From Bacteroidales bacterium (lineage in GTDB: Bacteria > Bacteroidota > Bacteroidia > Bacteroidales > P3), in NCBI GenBank assembly GCA_024685285.1, contig JAIKVZ010000060.1, forward strand, positions 3,818-67,817: a DNA stretch of 64,000 nt, written 5' to 3'. This document shows, one piece after another, positions 26,399 through 33,290 of this stretch (its first letter is position 1; each line of letters starts with the position of its first letter). The translations under genes and the position numbers were made by a program. A model generated the notes under the pieces. It made no database searches. It was not told the DNA's origin and saw nothing but the letters and a program-made list of their open reading frames with translations.

Positions 26399-26594
26399 GA
26401 CTGTTTAAATTTAATTGGTTAATAATAAGTGAATTACAAATCTTTCATGTGCTTTTACGCCAATATATTTGGGACTGCAAATAAAAACATTTTTTTTGAT
26501 ATAGCAAAAAAAATTGCAGTTTTTTTTCACAAAAAATGTGAATAACTCTGCAATTGACTGTTTTTCAACACCAGTTGAGAATGAGTGTCGGGGC

Positions 26595-26918
26595 TTAATC
26601 TTCCGAGGCTAATTTGCGGCCTATTTCGACCAGCTCGGCGCGCACCTGGCGCAGGGTCTTGGCTGCCACCTCGGAGGCCTCTGGCCGGTTGCGGCCGCGC
26701 AGCTGCGTGCGCACCCCATCGAGGGTATAGGAACCTTGCCGCGAAAGGTCGACGATGCGCCTCAGAAGCTCGATGTCGTGCTCGGTGTAGCGGCGCTCGC
26801 CACGACTGTTCTTGCCCGGGCGCAGTTCGGGGAAACGCTCTTCGTAGTATCGCAGTGCCGAGGGTCTTACTCCAAGCATGGCGGCAACCTCGCCTATTGA
26901 ATGATAAAGTTTGTCCAT
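26595..26918 (-). CDS. MerR-family transcriptional regulator
   Basis: 107 aa with the N-terminal HTH 'YSIGEVAAMLGVRPSALRYYEERFPELRPGKNSRGERRYTEHDIELLRRI'. Confidence 0.85.
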   Translation of the reverse strand: MDKLYHSIGEVAAMLGVRPSALRYYEERFPELRPGKNSRGERRYTEHDIELLRRIVDLSRQGSYTLDGVRTQLRGRNRPEASEVAAKTLRQVRAELVEIGRKLASED

Positions 26919-26945
26919 ATTATTATAATGTATTAAGGTTTAGGT

Positions 26946-29600
26946 TCAATTTTCGAGATATGAGCGGCGCTTCTGGTACTTGACATCGCGCAGGGCGTCG
27001 GCCTTGATGTTGATTTGGAAGTTCCAACTGCGGTAGTAGCCGAAGGGGGTCCAGCTGAAACGCATCTCCCAGCAGTGCAGGTCGCGGTAGATGTCGACGG
27101 TGGTGTAGCTCATGCCTTTGCCCACAAAGTCGTAGCCCGACGAGAGGCTGAGACGCCAGTTGCGTGTGGGCGAGAGCGAGGCGTTGAACGAGAGTGTCTG
27201 AACCAAGTCGCTCTGCAAGTCGTAGAGGGCGGCCACATAGCGGTTGACGTAGTTGATAGTGTAGTTGAACGAGAGGTTCCACTTCATGTCCGAGGCCATA
27301 TACGGACCCATCATGGGTGCAGGGCTTAGGCCGTAGGGGGTCTGGAGTATGGGGTCGGCTGTGGCGCCATGCTCGGTGCCGCGTCCCTCGCGCTGGAAGG
27401 TAGTGGGGTTGATGCTGTAGGAGAGCTGCGCACTCCAGTTGGAGTTGTTGGGTATGAAGAGACGCTCGCGGTCCAAGGCCACATAGCGGTTGTGCTTGCG
27501 CCCTGCCGAGTCGATGACGTAGGGGCAGAACGAGCCCGAATAGTTGAGCACGAGGTTCTTGAACAGGGTGGTGCGGCCGGTAACGGCAAGGTCGGAGAGG
27601 TTGAGCGAGTCTTTGGCGATGTCATATGACATGGCCAAGGTGAGGTTCTCGATGAGTTTGACCTTGCGAGGGGTGTCGGAGGTGTCCCATGGCATGGCTA
27701 TCTTGGCCTCGAGGTTGTTGCTTATCGAGAGGCGCAGGTTGCCGCTCACGCCATCGGGCGGACCACCGTAGATAGAGTTTTGGAATATCGAATAGCGGTG
27801 CACGTAGCCGGTGTTGTCGGTATACTGCCGCCAGTAGCCCAAGCGCTCGGAGCCGAAATCGGGATGGTAGCTGAACGAGAGCGAGGGGTTGATGACATGG
27901 CGCAGGGCCTTGAGCGGGCCGTGCTTGAACTGGAAGGTGCCGTAGATACGCGAGGTGAGCGAGGTGGTGTAGTTGAACTCGCGGTTGGTGCTGATAGCAC
28001 GCACGGTGTCGGTGGTGACGGTGCCGGTGGCCTGGTCGTAGGTGCGCTCGATATGCGAGCCATACCAACGGGCGATGTAGTTGACAGAGTTGGTCCAGTT
28101 GAAGTACTTGAAGACCTTGACGCTTGACGACAGCGGCACCGAGTGACGCACGCCGTATTGCATACGGTCAAGGATGGTACGTTTGAGGATGTCGGTGTCC
28201 TGCGCGGTGACATTGTTATCGGCAGTGAGTACGTATGAGAGCTGTATCTTCTCCCACCAACGGTAGGCACCAACGGGGTTGCGGCGGCGCAGGGGGTACA
28301 CCGTCACCGAGTTGAGGCTTACCGAGGGCAACTTGATGGTCATTACTCCAGTCTTGGCGTTGAACGACTCGCGAGCCGAGGCCGACAGGTTGAAATAGGA
28401 GCCCACCTTGGTGGTATAGCTGATAGACGATGTTGTTGTGGAGCTGAAGTAGTCGTTGCGATTCGAGGTGGTGCGGTTGTAGTTGCGGCTTTGCAGATTC
28501 ACGTTGGCGCTGAAACGGCCGTAGGGGTTTGCCTTGGCATCCTGCTCGTGGCGCCATGTGAATTTGAAGTCCGAATAGGTGTTGTATGTGGTTGGGTCGC
28601 CCTTGAGACCCTCGATGACATTGCCGTAGTACATGTCGAGGTTGCCTTTGCAACGGTAGCGCACATAGTAGTTGGAGCGAGTCTCGGCGGCCCAGCTCAA
28701 GTTGGTGTATATTTCGCCCAAAAGTGCCAGATCGAAGTTGTCGGACGCCGCCCAGTAGAAACCGCCGTCGCGCAGGTAGTAGCCGCGGCCGTTCATCCAG
28801 CCGTAGGATGGCACAATGAGGCCCGAGGCGCGGCCGTTGGTCATGGGAAAGAATGCGAAGGGCAGCGCCACCGGTGTGGGCACGTCTTCGATAGAGAGGT
28901 AGGCCGGACCCGATACTATCTTGTCGTTGGTAATGAGCTTGGACTTGGAGAAGTTGACGGCGAAATGCGGATGGGTGTAGTTGCAGGTGGTGTACTGGCC
29001 CGAGGCGAGATACATCACCGAGTCGTTCATCTTCTTGACCTTCGAGCCGTGCAGGAAGCCGTCGCCCTCCTGTGTGATGACGCCGGTGATGATGCCTTTC
29101 TGGGTGTTGTAGTTGAAGGTTATGGTGTCGGCGTGGTACTCGTCGGCGTTTTGCTTGAAGAACGGTCTTCCCACGATGGTGCCGGCCGAGTCGGGCGCGC
29201 CGGCGGCGTGAAGGGTCTGGCTCTCGAAATCAACGGTCACGCGGTCGGCCTGGAGGCTCATTTCCTGGTACTCGATATTGCCGGCGGTGTAGAGGAAAGC
29301 GCGGCGCGTGTCGAGGTTGATGGCAATGGAGTCGTCGGCACGGTAGTGTATGATGTCGCTCACAGCATTGCGTGCCGGCAGCAGCAAGGGCTCGGGGTCC
29401 GGCCTGGTTGAGTCTATGCGGCGCAGGCTGTCGACAACCGCCGGCCTGCGGACACGTCTGACCGAATCGGCCAAGGGTCTGGCCATAAAAACAGGCTGCT
29501 CTGGCTGCTGCGCACACACAGTGTCGGCTGCCGGCGGCAAAACAACCGCCAACAACACGCATATCACAGCCAAGAGCCTATTTCTGAGCACTTTAACCAT
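26946..29600 (-). CDS. LptD/OstA-like LPS-assembly outer-membrane protein (Bacteroidota type)
   Basis: 884 aa counted from 'MVKVLRNRLLAVICVLLAVVL' (signal). OstA-N-like segment 'IAINLDTRRAFLYTAGNIEYQEMSLQADRVTVDF', then a long Y/N/S-rich beta-barrel-like C-terminal part. The ORF-track start (29786) extends into the AT-rich promoter region. Confidence 0.65.
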   Translation of the reverse strand: MVKVLRNRLLAVICVLLAVVLPPAADTVCAQQPEQPVFMARPLADSVRRVRRPAVVDSLRRIDSTRPDPEPLLLPARNAVSDIIHYRADDSIAINLDTRRAFLYTAGNIEYQEMSLQADRVTVDFESQTLHAAGAPDSAGTIVGRPFFKQNADEYHADTITFNYNTQKGIITGVITQEGDGFLHGSKVKKMNDSVMYLASGQYTTCNYTHPHFAVNFSKSKLITNDKIVSGPAYLSIEDVPTPVALPFAFFPMTNGRASGLIVPSYGWMNGRGYYLRDGGFYWAASDNFDLALLGEIYTNLSWAAETRSNYYVRYRCKGNLDMYYGNVIEGLKGDPTTYNTYSDFKFTWRHEQDAKANPYGRFSANVNLQSRNYNRTTSNRNDYFSSTTTSSISYTTKVGSYFNLSASARESFNAKTGVMTIKLPSVSLNSVTVYPLRRRNPVGAYRWWEKIQLSYVLTADNNVTAQDTDILKRTILDRMQYGVRHSVPLSSSVKVFKYFNWTNSVNYIARWYGSHIERTYDQATGTVTTDTVRAISTNREFNYTTSLTSRIYGTFQFKHGPLKALRHVINPSLSFSYHPDFGSERLGYWRQYTDNTGYVHRYSIFQNSIYGGPPDGVSGNLRLSISNNLEAKIAMPWDTSDTPRKVKLIENLTLAMSYDIAKDSLNLSDLAVTGRTTLFKNLVLNYSGSFCPYVIDSAGRKHNRYVALDRERLFIPNNSNWSAQLSYSINPTTFQREGRGTEHGATADPILQTPYGLSPAPMMGPYMASDMKWNLSFNYTINYVNRYVAALYDLQSDLVQTLSFNASLSPTRNWRLSLSSGYDFVGKGMSYTTVDIYRDLHCWEMRFSWTPFGYYRSWNFQINIKADALRDVKYQKRRSYLEN

Positions 29601-29651
29601 TATGTGTGCAAAAAAATACATTTTTAAGTTTGAACTATCAACTTTTCGATG

Positions 29652-29680
29652 TATCTTTGCATTTTGAATTTGCAAAGATA
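29652..29680. promoter_or_regulatory. Palindromic pair of -7 boxes (TATCTTTGCA-N9-TGCAAAGATA) between the LptD-like and amidase genes
   Basis: The plus-strand TATCTTTG at 29652-29659 faces the amidase gene. The minus-strand TATCTTTG at 29673-29680 faces the LptD-like gene. Confidence 0.45.
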
Positions 29681-29725
29681 AACTTATTTGTTGAAATACG
29701 AAAATTAAAAAATAAAATCCTGAAA

Positions 29726-31066
29726 ATGAAACGCATACTGCTCGTCTTAGGTCTAATATGCCTTGTTTGCGGACCCCTTTCGGCACAAAAAAAGGAGCTC
29801 GGCAAGGTGCAAACGCTGGTTATCGACCCCGGCCACGGCGGCGACAAACCCGGCGCCCTTGGCAAACACGTCAAGGAGAAAGACCTGACACTGGCCATTG
29901 CCAAGAACTTCGGCAAACTGGTAAGTGACAACTTCAAGGACGTCAAGGTAATCTACACCCGCACCACCGACGTCGATGTGTCGCTGGCCGAGCGTGCCAA
30001 GATGGCCAACCGCGTCAAAGCCGACCTCTTCGTCTCCATCCACATCAACTCGCACCCCACCCCGGGCCCCTCGGGCGTGGAGACCTTTGTGATGGGACTC
30101 TCGGAGAGCAAGGCCAACCTCGAAGTGGCACGCAAGGAGAACGCCGACATACTGCTCGAGGCCAACTACCAGAACAACGCCGACTACCAGGGCTTCGACC
30201 CCAACTCGCCCGAGAGCTTCATCATGCTGGCCATGTACCAGAACGCCTACATCGACAAGAGCCTCAACTTCGCCCAGGCCATACAGAGCCAATACAAGAG
30301 CCACCTCTCAAGCATCAACCGCGGCGTCAAGCAGGCCGAGCTCTACGTGCTCTACAAGACCGCCATGCCATCGGTGCTCACCGAGGTGGGCTTCATTAGC
30401 AACCCCACCGAGGAGGCCTTTATGATGAGCCAGGAGGGACAGGCCGAGATTGCACTGTGCATATTCAACGCCTTCGCAGCCTACAAGGCCGCCGAGGAGG
30501 GCACCAAAAAGCTCTCCGACCCCGTGGTTGACCTGCCCGGCTATGGCAAGAACAAGCCCCAGCCGGCCCCCGAGCCCGAACCCAAAGCCGAACCCGAGGT
30601 CACTGCCGCCCCCGCAGCCGACACCAACGCCACGGCACAGGCCGACCACCCTGCCGCCACTGCCGAACCCGAGCAGCCAACAGCACCGTCGCGCCCCACA
30701 CCGCGCCCCGCCCACCCCGAGCAACCTCACGGCCAACAACCGGCACAAGCCGCCGCAACCCATACACCTGCAACCACGACAAGCAACGACGACGAACCGG
30801 TTTACTACCGCGTGCAGTTCCTCATGAGCGACCGCCTGCTGGCAGCGGGCGACCCCGAGCTCAAAGGGCAGACACAATTCGACGTGGTGCGCTATAAAAA
30901 CAGCTACAACTACACACGCGGCAACTTCACCACTCTCAAAGAGGCCCTGGCTCTGCGCAAAACCATGCAGGAGGCAGGCTTCAAAGACGCCTGGGTGATA
31001 CCCATCTACAAAGGAGCACGCATAACACACCAGGAGGCCAAGGATATCGAGGCCCGCCGCCATTAG
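29726..31066 (+). CDS. N-acetylmuramoyl-L-alanine amidase (Amidase_3) with a P/A/T-rich linker and C-terminal SPOR domain
   Basis: Signal peptide 'MKRILLVLGLICLVCGPLSAQ'. Amidase_3 motifs 'VIDPGHGGDKPGA' and 'DLFVSIHINS'. Low-complexity linker at about 30550-30800. SPOR-like end 'YYRVQF...FTTLKEALALRKTMQEAGFKDAWVIPIYKG'. Confidence 0.85.
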   Translation: MKRILLVLGLICLVCGPLSAQKKELGKVQTLVIDPGHGGDKPGALGKHVKEKDLTLAIAKNFGKLVSDNFKDVKVIYTRTTDVDVSLAERAKMANRVKADLFVSIHINSHPTPGPSGVETFVMGLSESKANLEVARKENADILLEANYQNNADYQGFDPNSPESFIMLAMYQNAYIDKSLNFAQAIQSQYKSHLSSINRGVKQAELYVLYKTAMPSVLTEVGFISNPTEEAFMMSQEGQAEIALCIFNAFAAYKAAEEGTKKLSDPVVDLPGYGKNKPQPAPEPEPKAEPEVTAAPAADTNATAQADHPAATAEPEQPTAPSRPTPRPAHPEQPHGQQPAQAAATHTPATTTSNDDEPVYYRVQFLMSDRLLAAGDPELKGQTQFDVVRYKNSYNYTRGNFTTLKEALALRKTMQEAGFKDAWVIPIYKGARITHQEAKDIEARRH

Positions 31067-31082
31067 CCCACACCGCAACACT

Positions 31083-31775
31083 ATGATTGAAATCAACAAC
31101 ATAACCAAACTCTACGGCCAGCAACGCGCCCTCGACGGGGTGAGTTTCAGCATTGCAAGGGGCGAGATAGTGGGACTGCTGGGACCCAACGGCGCCGGCA
31201 AGTCGACCCTGATGAAGATACTCACCTGCTTCATACCGCCCACCGAAGGCGACGCCACCGTGTGCGGCCACAGCATATACGACGACCCCCTCGGTGTGCG
31301 CCGCTGCATTGGCTACCTGCCCGAGCAGAACCCGCTCTACACCGATATGTATGTGCGCGAGTATCTGCGCTTTGCAGCCGGGCTGTGCGGCGTCAAGGCA
31401 CCGGCGGCCCGCGCCGACGAGATGATAGAACTCACCGGCCTCACCCCCGAGGCCAACAAAAAAATAGGCCAGCTCTCCAAGGGCTACCGACAGCGCGTAG
31501 GCCTGGCACAGGCCCTGATACACGACCCCGAGGTGCTCATACTCGACGAGCCCACCACCGGCCTCGACCCCAACCAACTCGAATTTGTGCGCCAGCTCAT
31601 ACGCGAGGAGGGGCAAGGCAAGGCAGTGCTGCTCTCGACACACGTAATGCAGGAGGTCGAGGCCATGTGCTCGCGCACCATCATCATCAACCACGGCCGC
31701 ATAGTGGCCGACGACCCGCTCAACCAACTCACCGCAGGCCAGCTCACCGAGAAATTCCACAAACTGACCAATTGA
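31083..31775 (+). CDS. ABC transporter ATP-binding protein (ABC-2/GldA-like ATPase); no permease gene adjacent
   Basis: Walker A 'GPNGAGKST', signature 'LSKGYRQR' and Walker B 'LILDEPTTGLD'. Confidence 0.8.
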   Translation: MIEINNITKLYGQQRALDGVSFSIARGEIVGLLGPNGAGKSTLMKILTCFIPPTEGDATVCGHSIYDDPLGVRRCIGYLPEQNPLYTDMYVREYLRFAAGLCGVKAPAARADEMIELTGLTPEANKKIGQLSKGYRQRVGLAQALIHDPEVLILDEPTTGLDPNQLEFVRQLIREEGQGKAVLLSTHVMQEVEAMCSRTIIINHGRIVADDPLNQLTAGQLTEKFHKLTN

Positions 31776-31816
31776 TATATATAATATATAAGGAAAATCT
31801 ATAAAAAACATATACC

Positions 31817-32653
31817 ATGACCCGTCAAGAACTCATCAACCTCATACGCGAGCGCCAGTCGTTCCTGTGCGTGGGCCTCGACACCGACCCCGACAAGCTG
31901 CCCGCCCACCTCAAAGGCCAGCCCGACGCCGTCTTCCAGTTCAACCGCGCCATCATCGACGCCACCATCGACCTCTGTGTGGCCTACAAACCCAACCTGG
32001 CCTTCTACGAGGCCCTCGGCATCGAGGGACTGCGCCAGCTGCAGCTCACCATGCGCTATCTGCACTCGCTCGGCAAGCCCGCCTTCACCATTGCCGACGC
32101 CAAACGCGGCGACATAGGCAACACCTCCGAGCGATACGCCCGCGCCTTCCTCGGCCCCGAGAGCGACTTTGGGTTCGACGCCATGACCATAGCACCCTAC
32201 ATGGGCTCCGACTCGGTGACCCCCTTCACCGTCTACCCGGGCAAGTGGGTCATCCTGCTCGCACTCACCTCCAACAAAGGAGCCCAGGACTTCCAGCTCA
32301 CCACCGACGCCAACGGCACCCCGCTCTACCAGCGCGTGCTGCAGGCCTCGCGCCAATGGGGCACCGACGACAACATGATGTACGTGGTTGGAGCCACCCA
32401 GGCCGAGATGTTGGCCGATGTTCGCCGCACCGTGCCCGGCGCCTTCCTGCTCGTGCCAGGCGTGGGAGCCCAGGGCGGCAGCCTCGACCAAGTGTGCCGC
32501 TTCGGCATCAACGCCGACTGCGGGCTCCTCGTCAACGCCTCGCGCAGCATCATCTACGCCTCGCAGGGCACCGACTTTGCCGATGCCGCCCGCAACGAAG
32601 CCCTCAAACTGCAACAGCAAATGGCTCAACACCTCAAAAACATCAACCTCTAA
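31817..32653 (+). CDS. pyrF: Orotidine-5'-phosphate decarboxylase (type 2)
   Basis: 'LCVGLDTDPDKLP', 'ADAKRGDIGNTSERYA' and 'LLVPGVGAQGG'. Confidence 0.85.
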   Translation: MTRQELINLIRERQSFLCVGLDTDPDKLPAHLKGQPDAVFQFNRAIIDATIDLCVAYKPNLAFYEALGIEGLRQLQLTMRYLHSLGKPAFTIADAKRGDIGNTSERYARAFLGPESDFGFDAMTIAPYMGSDSVTPFTVYPGKWVILLALTSNKGAQDFQLTTDANGTPLYQRVLQASRQWGTDDNMMYVVGATQAEMLADVRRTVPGAFLLVPGVGAQGGSLDQVCRFGINADCGLLVNASRSIIYASQGTDFADAARNEALKLQQQMAQHLKNINL

Positions 32654-32666
32654 ACAGCAAACAATC

Positions 32667-33134
32667 ATGGAAAAACGCGCCCTTACCTACCTACACATAC
32701 TATTGGTTCTCAGTTTTATAGGCTCGGGGACAATGCTCCTCTCGGGCTTCAGCATGACCCTCATGCAGCCCATGCTCCGAACCTACTACGAGACACACCC
32801 CGAACTGTTCCCCGAGCAGTTGGCCACCGCCGCCGACATGGTGCTGCAAGTGCCGCGCGCCTACTACCTCTTCACCGCCCTGCTCAACGGCCTGTCGCTG
32901 GCCGGCGCCATACTCATGTGGCGGCCCAAAGCCATAGGGTTCCACTGCTACACCTTGGCCAAACTGCTGCTCATAGCCGTGCCGCTGCTCTTCCTCGGCC
33001 GCGCCTACATCAACATAGGCGACATCATGCTCACCCTGCTCTTCGTGGTGGCCTACTGGCTGCTGCTGCGCCAACTCGGCGTCTTCGGGCCCAACAAACC
33101 GGCCGACACCCCGCAGGACACCGACCAACAATAG
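32667..33134 (+). CDS. Hypothetical small membrane protein (155 aa, ~4 TM segments)
   Basis: Starts at the internal Met 'MEKRALTYLHILLVLSFIGSG' of ORF 32388..33134, whose upstream part overlaps pyrF. It has hydrophobic segments and no recognised family. Confidence 0.5.
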   Translation: MEKRALTYLHILLVLSFIGSGTMLLSGFSMTLMQPMLRTYYETHPELFPEQLATAADMVLQVPRAYYLFTALLNGLSLAGAILMWRPKAIGFHCYTLAKLLLIAVPLLFLGRAYINIGDIMLTLLFVVAYWLLLRQLGVFGPNKPADTPQDTDQQ

Positions 33135-33194
33135 GCCAACCACGGGCCAAAGTCGCCCACCGGCCGCTCCAAATCGCGCTGTGGCAAACCCCTG

Positions 33195-33240
33195 TCCGAC
33201 CCCTCTCCGAACCTAACCCGACCCTAACCCCTTTAACCCC
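33195..33240 (+). repeat. Intergenic 11-bp tandem array, copy 3 (3 units plus a degenerate tail)
   Basis: tccgacccctc|tccgaacctaa|cccgaccctaa|cccctttaacccc. It lies between the stop at 33134 and the hairpin at 33235. Confidence 0.7.
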
Positions 33241-33271
33241 ATGGCAACCAGCCGGTTACCACGGGGTTTTT
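33235..33271. terminator. Bidirectional terminator candidate between the convergent membrane-protein and res genes
   Basis: 15-bp stem AACCCCATGGCAACC / GGTTACCACGGGGTT with two mismatches that become G-U pairs on the minus-strand RNA. A T-run follows on the plus strand. Confidence 0.45.
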
Positions 33272-33290
33272 CATTGGTTCTCTATCGGGA

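Noticed and set aside
26464-26471. Plus-strand TATATTTG match upstream of the giant gene
   Set aside because: It matches TAnnTTTG but points toward the 3' end of the minus-strand MerR gene, with no plus-strand gene downstream. It is probably a chance match in AT-rich DNA, and an antisense promoter cannot be supported from sequence alone.
30550-30800. CCCGAACCC/GAGCCCGAA-like periodic DNA inside the amidase gene, resembling the intergenic 11-bp units
   Set aside because: It lies in-frame in a P/E/A/T-rich linker (PEPEPKAEPE...). The resemblance comes from repeated Pro/Glu codons, and the 11-bp unit structure and the conserved CCCGAACCTAACC end are absent.
30308-32668. Minus-strand ORFs 30308..31108, 30981..31811 and 31799..32668, and alternative-frame plus-strand ORFs in the same region (31262..31804, 31867..32721, 30450..30827)
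   Set aside because: They are antisense or off-frame shadows of the amidase, ABC ATPase and pyrF genes. Their translations are R/P/A/G-rich with no motifs.
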